From NCBI RefSeq assembly GCF_001194135.2, contig NC_068987.1, positions 46,141,808 to 46,205,807 of the forward strand: a DNA stretch of 64,000 nucleotides. Direction: 5' to 3'. Source of the stretch: Octopus bimaculoides. Lineage: Eukaryota. Shown here piece by piece: positions 13,299-25,024 of the stretch. The notes under the pieces were generated by a model, which was not told where the DNA came from, searched no databases, and saw nothing but the letters and a program-made list of their open reading frames with translations. Each line of letters begins with the position of its first letter. The stretch's first letter is position 1. The position numbers were made by a program, and so were the translations under genes.

Positions 13299-13455
13299 GC
13301 GGCTGACTGTACGGTAAGAAGCTTGCTTCCCAATCGCATGGTTCTGGGTTTAGTCCCATTGCGTATTATTTTGGGCAAGTATCTTCTACTATAGCCTCGG
13401 GACAACCAAAGTCTTGTGAGTAGATTTGGTGGACGGAAGCTGAAAGAAGCTCATC

Positions 13456-13458
<3 letters not shown>
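13299..13458 (+). mobile_element. SINE family B (tRNA-derived head plus Nin/Deu-like central domain), 5' half
   Basis: GGTAAGAAGCTTGCTTCCCAA...GGTTTAGTCCC...CCAAAGTCTTGTGAGTAGATTTGG...GAAAGAAGC; matches copies at 20982, 26238 and 48551. Confidence 0.85.
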
Positions 13459-13493
<35 letters not shown>

Positions 13494-14275
13494 NNNNNNN
13501 NNNNNNNNNNNNNNNNNNNNNNNNNNNNNNNNNNNNNNNNNNNNNNNNNNNNNNNNNNNNNNNNNNNNNNNNNNNNNNNNNNNNNNNNNNNNNNNNNNNN
13601 NNNNNNNNNNNNNNNNNNNNNNNNNNNNNNNNNNNNNNNNNNNNNNNNNNNNNNNNNNNNNNNNNNNNNNNNNNNNNNNNNNNNNNNNNNNNNNNNNNNN
13701 NNNNNNNNNNNNNNNNNNNNNNNNNNNNNNNNNNNNNNNNNNNNNNNNNNNNNNNNNNNNNNNNNNNNNNNNNNNNNNNNNNNNNNNNNNNNNNNNNNNN
13801 NNNNNNNNNNNNNNNNNNNNNNNNNNNNNNNNNNNNNNNNNNNNNNNNNNNNNNNNNNNNNNNNNNNNNNNNNNNNNNNNNNNNNNNNNNNNNNNNNNNN
13901 NNNNNNNNNNNNNNNNNNNNNNNNNNNNNNNNNNNNNNNNNNNNNNNNNNNNNNNNNNNNNNNNNNNNNNNNNNNNNNNNNNNNNNNNNNNNNNNNNNNN
14001 NNNNNNNNNNNNNNNNNNNNNNNNNNNNNNNNNNNNNNNNNNNNNNNNNNNNNNNNNNNNNNNNNNNNNNNNNNNNNNNNNNNNNNNNNNNNNNNNNNNN
14101 NNNNNNNNNNNNNNNNNNNNNNNNNNNNNNNNNNNNNNNNNNNNNNNNNNNNNNNNNNNNNNNNNNNNNNNNNNNNNNNNNNNNNNNNNNNNNNNNNNNN
14201 NNNNNAATATATGAGTATATGCATATATATGTACATGTATGTATATACGTTCATCTACATGTACATATAGATACA

Positions 14276-14311
<36 letters not shown>

Positions 14312-14817
14312 AAAATTTGTTGTTGATAATGCACCTAAATTTGAAAAGCTTGTAATTGTTTTGAAATCAATTTATTTACATACATACCAGGACTAGTTTT
14401 AACAATATTTTTTGTTTATCAATGGTAAAAATTTTAAATTATGAATTAGAAAAATATGTTTAAAAGTTTCAATGTTTACAAACACCATACAAGCACCAGT
14501 TGCCTACGTCATCTAACTCTAGACCAATGAAATTTTACCTCCGATCAAAACCGAACTTCAGCAAATACAACAAAATGACTTTTTAATTGAATCAACCAAC
14601 TGGAACGGCTGATGACCGTTCCTTGCATGGAAGCCAACCATACAGAACGACAAACTTTCTCTCTTTCTCTCTTTCCTTCATTCTCTACCCTTTTGCCTTC
14701 CTACCTCAGTTATCGTTATTGCTGGCCTTTTCTCCTTCTAAAAACAAAAGTCCTTCAGAAAAATATGTTCCTGACGAGATTCTGCAAAATATCGCTTAAA
14801 AATTTACAAAAATCATT

Positions 14818-14860
14818 GGTGCACCAGCATAGCCACAACCTTTGGGCTGAAACACATAAA
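14818..14860 (+). mobile_element. Isolated 3' tail of CR1/L2-like LINE or SINE-B
   Basis: GGTGCACCAGCATAGCCACAACCTTTGGGCTGAAAC is nearly identical to the LINE tail at 43846-43880. Confidence 0.65.
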
Positions 14861-16837
14861 AAAAACCTTTAAAAACAGAATTATCTGAAGCAGTTCACAA
14901 CCACCAGCATCATCAGCAGCATTGTTTTTGCTTCCACTTCAACTACATACACCGCCATCAACGTTATCATGATGGTTAGCTTGACAGTCACTTTCACCAC
15001 CACAACCAGTATAACCACTACAATACCACCATCACACAACTAACACTATCATCAACACCATTATTACCACCATCACCTCAGCATCACACATCACACCGCT
15101 CCTGTCGCCATTATAACCACCGATACTATTTTATCCTCCTCCCATACTTATCTCGACCATCGTCATCATCAACACTGTCTCTGTTTTCACCACAATCACC
15201 GTCAAAACTACGATCACCACAATCAGTTTCTTTACATTGTTGATAATCCATTATCCGATACTCATGGGACCGAAATTGTTGCAGATTTTTGATTTTTCCA
15301 ATTTCAGAGTTCTTTATTAAAAAAATGCATCTACAAAACGGAACAGTTTGAGGATAGAAACCAGGTCTAAACACAATAGCTTAGAAATATAATCTGAATG
15401 CAGTTCTATATAAATCTTTCATAATTTTTTTTTTATACTTAAGACCATGCTTTGATTAATAGGTTAAGCATAGATTAGATTACTTAGATAAGTTTCAGCC
15501 GAAGTTGACTCAGGCCATGTCTAATTTAATAGCACCACCTGGAAGAGATACACAGTCAGCTCTGGGGAACCGTAGCCCATTCAAGCAGAGGGTTATTGTT
15601 TTCAGAGACGTATCTGGGTGTGTGTGGCTTATCTGGTATTTGTTGGGGATAATCATCTAGGGATCGTTTGAATGCCATAAAGTCACTTTCCTCCTTTATG
15701 TGTGACTGGCACATATTTAAGGAGTTATTTAAGGAGAAATTTGAATATGAACTAGACTTAGAGACGATGTCTTTGTTCTTTACCTTTTACCCTGAAGATG
15801 TGTGAGGTAAATTATATATTTGACTTGAATTTGACAGTTAAATACAGCCTTATACAGAAATGTTGACATAGGAATAAATTTCAATAATAATGGATATCAG
15901 CGTCAAAACTCTTTTTTAAATTTTAAATTTTATGTATATANNNNNNNNNNNNNNNNNNNNNNNNNNNNNNNNNNNNNNNNNNNNNNNATATATATATATA
16001 TATATATACAGATTCAAATAGACCTACACACACACATATATATATATATGCTTTAGTTTACTAAGCTTAGCTGAAGCATCAGGTAAAATATTTCTTCAGA
16101 GATTCCAATGATTTATACGATCCATTACGTCAGGGAAGTTTCCTAACAGACTACTCTCTGAGCTCCCCTAATTTTTTTTTAAAGTGAACTTCAAAAATCT
16201 TTGCACGACTAAACTACCGTTCATTTCCGCCCGCCTTGTAACCCATTGCTGTACTTTCTCTTCTAGATATTGTAGACTATGTGTCTCCAATACGCTTTTC
16301 CCTGTCGACTGTGAGAATATCTCACAATTAAGTCATTACTATTCTTCTCATCACCAATTCGTTTTTAGTGCATTCTCACACAGCTGTACTCAAGTTCGTA
16401 TGCATTACATTCAATTGGTGTGATAGCGTTGCCTTTACACTTCCATACATCGCATGCTCTTCAGATCGAGAAGCTTGACGTCATGCCATACACACCGAGG
16501 GAGCGTAGAAAAATAAAAATAAAATATAATAGACATTATGATGACGATGAAGATGATAATGGTCATGGTAAAAATATAAATAAATGTAATCATCACTACA
16601 ACAACTTTCTGATTAATGGTGGATTAACAAAATGACTAATGATGTGCTTGAAGTCATAGGCTACACCTGTACACACACTGACAGGCACACACAAACACAC
16701 AGATGCACACACATATATGTACACATGCATAAATATTAACTATAATTTATTCATGAGTCTTTTTCTTTCTCTAGACGCATAATCGTGTGTATGTGAGAGT
16801 GTGTGTGGTGTGTAAGTACATACATATGGATGCATGA

Positions 16838-16887
<50 letters not shown>

Positions 16888-17720
16888 TGATCTCGAATTA
16901 GTCTTTATAAACATATATTGTTCAATGCTTAAAATGTAATGTACATCGATTAAATATTAAAAATTTTAACAAGACGGTATTTAAAACAGTTTTGTGTGAT
17001 CGTATATTTGTGTGTGTGTGTATGTGTGTGCACGTGTGTGCGCGCGCGTAGACTACTCATATAAACCAATATGAATGTCAATGAAAGACAACTGCTTTTC
17101 AAAAATCATAAGAAATTTAAATTTGTTAAGTAATATCTAAGATGTAAACAATGCACTAATTATTCCCTATATCCAAGATCACCAACTGCACAAGATTATA
17201 TAACCATAGCAGATCTTTCTCCGATAACTTGATTCTCCATTAAAATTGCCAACCTAATATCATAGCTTAGGCTCTTGTTATACTGGATCTAATTGCTGAA
17301 GATCACGTCTTTAGAGTAACTTGGAAAAATATTTAGGATATAAAGTGGGCTTAGTAACAAAATTGCAAACCCAACATAGCACCTCTCAAATTCTAAGCAA
17401 CACAACGATTAGACTGTCTGAAATTGAACTAAACAAACAGTTTAATTACTAATACTATTTTCAGTAATTCTTCTAGACCCATACAAATATCAGCACAAGC
17501 ATAAAGAACTTTATACACATATCCGATAAATCTGTAATTGTTTTCAATTCCAAGCATGCATATTTATTTACATTTTGCTTTTCATTGTTTTGAATCTGCT
17601 TTTTTATATTACAACACAATCGATCGCTACATCTTTTTTATTCCAATATTTTTCTACTCAAAGTAACAACTTTCAGATAACCTATTCAGGTTTTTATGGA
17701 AATACAAAACTGTCTTTTTC

Positions 17721-17860
17721 ATATGTATGTATGTATGCATGCATGTATGTATGTATGTATGTATGTATGTATGTATGTATGTATGCATGCATGCACGTAC
17801 GTACGTACGTATGTATGTATGTATGTATGTATGTATGTATGTATGTATGTATGTATGTAC
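17721..17860. repeat. (TATG)n tetranucleotide repeat
   Basis: Direct inspection. Confidence 0.95.
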
Positions 17861-19094
17861 GTATTTATGTGCGTGCATGCGCGCGCGTGTGTGTACATAG
17901 GTAGTTCTTTGATAATTGAATTTAGATATTTCTTTTTAGTGATGAGGAAACTGAAACTAAACTGTAAATAGAAATAGTTCTTTTTTAATAGTGCTTATTT
18001 GCGCAGATGTACAGAACTAAAGTAAAAGTCAATAGTCAAAAGAGAACGATAGAATCTAGTGGGAATACAACTCACGGCTCATTTGCTGGAACATCGTTGT
18101 TAATAATCGCTATAGTATGAGGCATCTGATGACTTATCAGCTTTCACTCGCGTTAACAGATTTAATTATCTATACAATAATTCGGCAATTATTTTGAATC
18201 ATGGACACGTGTGACAGTATTAAAACAAGCTAGATTTGGGTACTTTGAAAATGAGCTCCACGAATTAGACGAAGGTAACGATTTTAAGGACAAGATAGCT
18301 GGAAAATGTTTAGGATGTAAAGGAGGTTTAGAAGCCAAAGTGCAAACTCACCACAATAGCTCACAGATTCCATCAATAAGATTAGGCAAGCTTAATTATA
18401 GAGAGGAGTAGTCATAAAATGGAACAATTAAATTCATTTTCACCCTAAAGAACCCATGTTTCCCCAAATTATCTACAGAACTCGTCCATAGACACCACTT
18501 TCTATTCCACAACTACATACATAACAATCCCCTAACTCTTTGATGACCATCCACTAACTTCTATCACAACACACTCACACACGCACAGGACATAGACACA
18601 CGCTCGCACACTCGCACACAAATGAATAAATTACAACCTGTTAGTTAAACCAATTCTACAAATATTATTTTATCAGCACAAACACATCTTTAGATCGACA
18701 AATGGTATCGACTTTTAGTATATCTGGAAAATGAATGATAGAGGAATTGACAATATTTCTATGTGCTGGAACAGTGTAAAAACTCCATATATAAATGGAT
18801 CACAAAGGTACAATTTTTATATAACTGCAAGTATATCTTGATGCAATATTTCAATGAGTTAAGCTTAAAAAAACTTGAATTCTGTCTATGTGTGTGTATA
18901 TGAAAAATTGCAACTACAATCCGGTTAACTATTTCTATCTCTAAACACAGACATTGGTCATAAGCACTCTGAAATGTCATATATCAGTAGATACCCTTAG
19001 CACCGCATTATACTCTTGACAAGCACTATCTCTCACAGCAAGTAAACCGACCAATTCTATAAAGATTCCTCACAACTTGCCATTTTCATCTTAC

Positions 19095-19208
19095 CAAACG
19101 CTTCAAACGTTATCTTCTGACTAAAGCCAACAAATAAAAAAAGAAAACGAATATTTCGGTCAGCTTTATACTCCGAATCCTCCAACAAAAATCCTTCCAT
19201 TTTGTTAT
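19095..19208 (-). CDS. Candidate 114-nt phase1-1 coding exon (DNKMEGFLLEDSEYKADRNIRFLFLFVGFSQKITFEAF)
   Basis: Acceptor CCCTTCAG, donor GTAAGA, open frame, multiple of 3. No homology recognised. Confidence 0.28.
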
Positions 19209-19384
19209 CTGAAGGGTCACAACTAGTGTGAAACCACCAGCAGGGGTGAAATAAAGCAATCAAGTTCGAACAAATAAATAAACTCTACAAATATATTGAG
19301 TACGTTTTCTTACATGTGGTTTTGTATTCTGAACCTAATTGTTTTTCTGCAATTCTTCAGAAAAATCCATGACACCAGATAATA

Positions 19385-19598
19385 TTGGATTCAAATTTTG
19401 GGACAGGGCCAGCAAGTTCTGGGAAGAGAATAATTCAATTAACATCGACCCTAGTACTCGACTGGTACTTATCTTATCAACCCCGGAAGGATGAAAGGCA
19501 TAATCGACCTCAGCAGAATTTGAACTCAGAACGTAAAGACGAACGAAATGCCGCTATTTTGCTCGGCGTGCTCATGACTCTGCCAGTTCGCTGCCTTA
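19385..19598 (-). mobile_element. SINE family A (tRNA-derived head plus Meta-like central domain)
   Basis: Reverse strand shows a tRNA-like head with B box GAGTTCAAATTC and the CCTTTCATCCTTCCGGGGTTGATAAGATAAGTACCAG core shared by many copies in the window. Confidence 0.88.
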
Positions 19599-19819
19599 AA
19601 GACATGTATAATATTGTCTATTAACTATTTGTTTGATTTTCGAACAACAATGAATCTTAATTCATTTCGTTCCATTCACTTTCTTCGTTATTTACCTGAG
19701 AAGGTAATTCTTTGTCATTTAGAAGAAAATATTCCTCTTCAGTTATTTTCGTTGTCTTATACTAAAGCTAAACTGATTTTCCCCACCACTTTCCCATTTT
19801 ACTGACCGTTTAAGAATTT

Positions 19820-19995
19820 TTACCAGCAATTAACCTCAGTATTTGATGGGTACTTCATTTTATCGAACCCCTGAAAGGTGAAAGGCAAAGCAGACCTTGG
19901 CGGGTCAAATTTGAACTCACAATATAGAAGCCAGAACAAATACCTCGACATATTTTTCTCTATGTTGCAATGATTTTGCCATCCACTACCCTTAT
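19820..19995 (-). mobile_element. SINE family A, diverged or truncated copy
   Basis: GTACTTCATTTTATCGAACCCCTGAAAGGTGAAAGGCAAAG...ATTTGAACTC core. Confidence 0.75.
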
Positions 19996-20111
19996 GATAA
20001 TAATTTCTTACACACACGAGTAAGGAAATGTGTGGTTTGCCTGCTTAAATATAATTTCATTTTAACTCTTTCAATAGTAAGCAAGCATTAAAGAAGGGGT
20101 GCGGTAGACTA

Positions 20112-20517
20112 GACTAAAAAGACACAGCCAGCTCGAACCATCGAGATGTCTTAAAGTCTCAAGTTGAATGCCATCAGCTTCTGCTATCTTTTTTTCGAAC
20201 TCGCAGCATTCTTTATCTAAGTCAGGAACATTGCCATCCAGTATGTGCGCATTGCTCGAGTCTATATCAATATGTTTTAAAAAGTGTTCCACATAAACGA
20301 ATGATAGCTCTCTGGATGGTCGCGGGGAGGATTAACATATTCGTCCATATTAAAGGTTTTCACATACTTGAAAGAAAGGCAACCAGCTTTGTAGGATTCA
20401 AGTAATCGTCTGTAAGTTCCGAGGGGTGTGCTACCAGTTGGCAGACCAAGAGTGAAATATCGCTCAGCACTTGACTAAAAAGACAGCCAGTTCGAATCAC
20501 CGAGATGTCTTAAAGTC
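20112..20517 (+). repeat. 45-47 bp direct repeats flanking the GNPDA fragment
   Basis: GACTAAAAAGACACAGCCAGCTCGAACCATCGAGATGTCTTAAAGTC (20112-20158) and GACTAAAAAGACAGCCAGTTCGAATCACCGAGATGTCTTAAAGTC (20473-20517). Confidence 0.9.
20161..20470 (-). pseudogene. GNPDA: Glucosamine-6-phosphate deaminase/isomerase internal fragment, intronless, 1-nt frameshift
   Basis: Minus strand reads [60 protein letters not shown], then after a frameshift [41 protein letters not shown]. This is the recognisable GNPDA/NagB sequence; both ends are missing. Confidence 0.93.
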
Positions 20518-20980
20518 CCCTCACCTCAGTGAATCGAATGCATTGTGAAGCACACATCGTCTGCAGACGCTATTCTCCGGAAATGAAATCCAATAGCGAT
20601 TACCATATTCAAATTTTTATCTGTCGGAATTTATTAAAAACGCATACGTATATCATGGCTTTTCATATTCGCTGTTCCCCGTGAACGTGATGATCTATTA
20701 CCGGTTTGACAGATATCAGTTAACATCAGCAGATAATTTGTTTGTTGATTTCTATAAAAAAGTGCCAAAATTCTTACTTAAATAGATACTTGATTTGGGA
20801 ATAGTTTTCACTGAAGGGACACAACCAGGACGAAAACCGCAGTCCTCTTACCTCAATGATTCAAGTGTGTTACAAACACTCATCGTCTGAAAGGAGAAGT
20901 TATTCTCTAGTAATGAAATACAACAGCGATTAGCATATTCAGGTTTGAATCTGCCGAAATGTATTAACAAAGAATATGTA
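20473..20980 (+). repeat. Old diverged tandem duplication (~335-bp period)
   Basis: 20473-20650 is similar to 20807-20980 (e.g. AGTCCCCTCACCTCAGTG / AGTCCTCTTACCTCAATG; ATGAAATCCAATAGCGATTACCATATTCA / ATGAAATACAACAGCGATTAGCATATTCA). Confidence 0.7.
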
Positions 20981-20981
20981 G

Positions 20982-21118
20982 GTAGAGGCGTGGGCGTGTG
21001 TAGTTAAGAAGTTTGCTTCCTAACCACGCAATTTAGGGTTCATTTCTACTATGGATGTCTTGGACAAGTGTCTTCTATTATGAATCTCGGCCCACCCAAA
21101 ACCTTGTGAGTGGATTTG
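20982..21118 (+). mobile_element. SINE family B, truncated 5' part
   Basis: AAGAAGTTTGCTTCCTAACCAC...CAAGTGTCTTCTA...CCTTGTGAGTGGATTTG. Confidence 0.78.
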
Positions 21119-21181
21119 TTTTTTGTTGTTTTTTTTTGTGAATTCTCCCTATATATATATATTTGTATGGGGTCCTTTGTG

Positions 21182-21311
21182 AATCTCTGAAGAGGCCTGG
21201 CGGTTCGGGCATGTAACCCCATTTCAACATGTCATCCGATAATCGCTCCGGCAGGAACTGTTCGGATGGAATGGGGGCATGCTAGGGCTGGGCCGAAACA
21301 GCTGTAAGATT
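21182..21311 (+). ncRNA. Type I hammerhead ribozyme with extended stem II
   Basis: Helix I AATCT/AGATT; core CTGAAGA 21187-21193; stem II closed by GGCC/GGCC (21194-21294); GAAA 21295-21298; palindromic stem III ACAGCTGT; cleavage triplet GUA ending at 21306. Confidence 0.82.
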
Positions 21312-21719
21312 AAACTTCTGTTCATTCTCTAATTTCTTATGTACTTTGTACTTCTGTATGTGGACCCGGTTGGCGAAATGGCATGGNNNNNNNNNNNNNN
21401 NNNNNNNNNNNNNNNNNNNNNNNNNNNNNNNNNNNNNNNNNNNNNNNNNNNNNNNNNNNNNNNNNNNNNNNNNNNNNNNNNNNNNNNNNNNNNNNNNNNN
21501 NNNNNNNNNNNNNNNNNNNNNNNNNNNNNNNNNNNNNNNNNNNACTGTATGTCTTGTGTGTGTATGTGCGTGTGTGTGTATGTGCGTGTGTGTGTGTCTG
21601 TGTGTGTGTGTGTGTGTGTGTATCTTTGTCACTCCCTGTCTTCACATCACATGATAGTTGTAAATGAGTGCCACTATCATACATTAATTTCTAATATTCT
21701 TTGAACGTAACCTCTCTGG

Positions 21720-21880
21720 CCATGGTGAAATATTACTTTTGCCCGGAAACAGATGAGGGTCGGCGGCAGGAAGGGCATCTGACCGTAGAAAATCTGCTTT
21801 AATGAACTCCATCCGAATCATGGAAAAGTGGAGGTTAAAATGATGACGACGACGACGACGATGATGATGATGATGATGAT
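21720..21880 (+). mobile_element. 3' tail of RTE-type LINE/SINE with (GAT)n tail
   Basis: GGCGGCAGGAAGGGCATCTGACCGTAGAAAATCTGC...CATGGAAAAGTGGAGGTTAAAATGATGACG; typical RTE-associated tail recognised from memory. Confidence 0.65.
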
Positions 21881-22369
21881 GTAAGTCATCGCATGTATTA
21901 AAAGTTTTATAAGTGAATTTGAGTTTCCATATACAACAAAACATTTGGTTCTTTCAGAGACAGGAATGTCTCATGAAGCTGTTTGGCAAGGTCATTAACA
22001 CTGGTTGCATCACAAATTCCATATTCTAAGTGGTTTTTCTGTTTTGTTTGTCTTATAAATGCAGAGTAGCAGCACAAGTTGCACATTAACAATACACATA
22101 ACATCTGCATTGGATGCACAATAATGATATGCTTAATAAACCACCACAACAACAGTATATACAACAACGGGAGCATGCATAATAACACTTGCATTAAATG
22201 CACACTCGCATTATTCATAATAAAAGCCTCAATAAATGAACAGTAATAATATACAAAATGGGTGTTAATAGTTGCTGCACAATAATATTCATTATACCTT
22301 GTCAGAAAAATACTATGTGCATATTAACATTATGCATAATAAGAGTAAAAAGAACAGAATGATCTGATG

Positions 22370-22610
22370 TACGATAACACCGTTATTAGATGCACAATGT
22401 ACTGTAAAAGCAGCACTTCGATTGACAACGACAGCACTATTAGATGCAGAATGACAGTACTATAAGATGCACAATGACACCAGTATAGATGCAATATTAC
22501 TATTAGGTGCAATATGATAGCAATAGAAGGTGCACAGTGACAGTACTGTTCGATGAACAAGGACAGAACTATTAGAGGTACAATGAATGCAATATGAAAA
22601 GCACAATGAC
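22370..22610. repeat. Degenerate ~22-bp minisatellite (consensus ~GATGCACAATGACAGTACTATTA)
   Basis: Recurrent ATTAGATGCACAATG / GACAGTACTAT units. Confidence 0.7.
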
Positions 22611-22875
22611 GGAACAATTATATGCTCAATGACAACACATAATGCCACGCCTTCTTTCCGGAGCAGCTTTTGAAAAATCAAATCAGATTAATGAATAATG
22701 GTTATTCTGCAACAAATCAATGAAATTTATTAGCTGAGATACGCTTTGATTACTGTTTGATAATTAAAATTTAAATACTATTCACTTTAATTACAGGTGA
22801 CTATTAAACTACTTCTGGAGTACACTTAGCGTCTGAAAGTGTTTTCGTGAAGATATATATATATACATAGTGTGC

Positions 22876-22879
<4 letters not shown>

Positions 22880-22954
<75 letters not shown>

Positions 22955-22967
22955 CATGTATGCATGC

Positions 22968-23039
<72 letters not shown>

Positions 23040-23040
23040 A
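22880..23040. repeat. (CA)n plus (TCTA)n compound microsatellite
   Basis: Direct inspection. Confidence 0.95.
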
Positions 23041-23092
23041 TGCATACATGTTTATGTATTTGTTTTGCAAAACTCCTGATATGAAACAGATA

Positions 23093-23304
23093 TTGTTGTA
23101 TTTGAGGATGCTCATATTTTTGTCAATTAGCCACACGCACCGTATACGCGGTCTTCACTTCAGTCGCTGAAGAGGTCACAGGATGTATGACGAAAGATTT
23201 CAGTCAAAGAACACTAGGATAATAATAATAATAAAGCTGAAGTGCAGTCCAAGTATATTGTGCGTGTGGTTAGTTCGCAAAAATATGAGACCATCCCCAA
23301 ATAT

Positions 23305-23309
<5 letters not shown>
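23093..23309. repeat. Inverted repeat (71/73-bp arms, ~80% identity) enclosing a hammerhead-like core
   Basis: 23093-23163 is the reverse complement of 23237-23309. The spacer has CTGAAGA-G-GTCA-loop-TGAC-GAAA (23167-23195). Confidence 0.85.
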
Positions 23310-23335
<26 letters not shown>

Positions 23336-23380
23336 AATTTAGTAAATGGAATAAAACGCATATGTTAAATGGATTCTTTT

Positions 23381-23461
23381 ATTTCCAACATATGTTTCGA
23401 AGATTACAAATTATACCTTCCATAGGAATAGGTGAGGTTGATAAGGATGTAATCTTCTCTT
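23381..23461 (-). ncRNA. Type I hammerhead ribozyme, 5' end lost in N gap
   Basis: Minus strand: [CTG]AAGA-GAAGATTAC-41 nt-GTAATCTTC-GAAA-CATATG-T-T-GGAAAT. Perfect 9-bp stem II, palindromic stem III ACATATGT, triplet GUU. Confidence 0.65.
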
Positions 23462-24355
23462 NNNNNNNNNNNNNNNNNNNNNNNNNNNNNNNNNNNNNNN
23501 NNNNNNNNNNNNNNNNNNNNNNNNNNNNNNNNNNNNNNNNNNNNNNNNNNNNNNNNNNNNNNNNNNNNNNNNNNNNNNNNNNNNNNNNNNNNNNNNNNNN
23601 NNNNNNNNNNNNNNNNNNNNNNNNNNNNNNNNNNNNNNNNNNNNNNNNNNNNNNNNNNNNNNNNNNNNNNNNNNNNNNNNNNNNNNNNNNNNNNNNNNNN
23701 NNNNNNNNNNNNNNNNNNNNNNNNNNNNNNNNNNNNNNNNNNNNNNNNNNNNNNNNNNNNNNNNNNNNNNNNNNNNNNNNNNNNNNNNNNNNNNNNNNNN
23801 NNNNNNNNNNNNNNNNNNNNNNNNNNNNNNNNNNNNNNNNNNNNNNNNNNNNNNNNNNNNNNNNNNNNNNNNNNNNNNNNNNNNNNNNNNNNNNNNNNNN
23901 NNNNNNNNNNNNNNNNNNNNNNNNNNNNNNNNNNNNNNNNNNNNNNNNNNNNNNNNNNNNNNNNNNNNNNNNNNNNNNNNNNNNNNNNNNNNNNNNNNNN
24001 NNNNNNNNNNNNNNNNNNNNNNNNNNNNNNNNNNNNNNNNNNNNNNNNNNNNNNNNNNNNNNNNNNNNNNNNNNNNNNNNNNNNNNNNNNNNNNNNNNNN
24101 NNNNNNNNNNNNNNNNNNNNNNNNNNNNNNNNNNNNNNNNNNNNNNNNNNNNNNNNNNNNNNNNNNNNNNNNNNNNNNNNNNNNNNNNNNNNNNNNNNNN
24201 NNNNNNNNNNNNNNNNNNNNNNNNNNNNNNNNNNNNNNNNNNNNNNNNNNNNNNNNNNNNNNNNNNNNNNNNNNNNNNNNNNNNNNNNNNNNNNNNNNNN
24301 NNNNNNATATATATAGTGAGCGGAAACTCACTACGAGGAGCAGAAAGCAGGTGAA

Positions 24356-24575
24356 ATCTGTGTTTGTCCCTACACTGCCTGACAACTAGTGTTGGTGTGT
24401 TTACGTCCGCATAACTTAGCGATTCGACAAAAGAAAGCGATGAAATAAGTACCAGGCTTAAAATAAAAATAAGTACTGGTGTCGATTCGTTCGACTAAAA
24501 TTCTTCAAGGTGGTGCCCCAGCATGGCCACCGTCTAAAGACTGAAACAAGTGACAGATAAAACAAAAGATAAAAG
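24356..24575 (+). mobile_element. SINE family B, 3' half
   Basis: GTTGGTGTGTTTACGTCC...TAACTTAGCG...AATAAGTACCAGGCTT...CAGCATGGCCAC...GACTGAAACAAG tail. Confidence 0.82.
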
Positions 24576-24970
24576 TTATAGATTGCAAGATATATAGATA
24601 AGCATACACAGTCATGAACGCATACGCACACACATGCACACACTGATAACACACGCATACACTCACACAGACTCACACTGGTACATGTCATTAATAAAAT
24701 TCAATATTATATTGTCATATCAGCCACTTTACCAATCAATTTCATACCAGGAATCGAGATGCTTCTGATGATTATCGGTGTTATCTCAGCTCCTGGTTTG
24801 AAGCAGATTGGCAAAGCGACTGATATGAGAATATAATATTGTATTTTATAAATATTAATATACTCCACTCTATTAACCGATATATGAACCCTTACACTTT
24901 CTGATTTATAGACAACTCGCTTTCTCTTTATCTCGCTTTCTCTTTATTCTCTTTATCTCTCACCCTCTTT

Positions 24971-25024
<54 letters not shown>

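Noticed and set aside
13001-13302. TTAA-CCGCGAAAGAGA ... TCTCTTTCGCGG as a piggyBac-like MITE
   Set aside because: The right-hand match is explained by a reverse-oriented SINE-B internal fragment, and there is no TTAA on the right.
19696-19761. Possible 66-nt minus-strand exon (YKTTKITEEEYFLLNDKELPSQ) with GTAAAT donor
   Set aside because: Phase 0-0, incompatible with neighbouring candidates; no homology; insufficient support.
20112-20860. Repeat-spacer-repeat arrangement reminiscent of CRISPR
   Set aside because: Eukaryotic context, only 2-3 diverged repeats, spacers over 300 bp, and no cas genes.
21194-21294. SECIS element within the long hammerhead stem II
   Set aside because: The AUGA/GA quartet is not present.
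21907-22218. Protein-like ORF (EYGICDATSVNDLAKQLHETFLSLKEPN)
   Set aside because: No convincing donor site or homology, and an equally plausible exon exists on the opposite strand.
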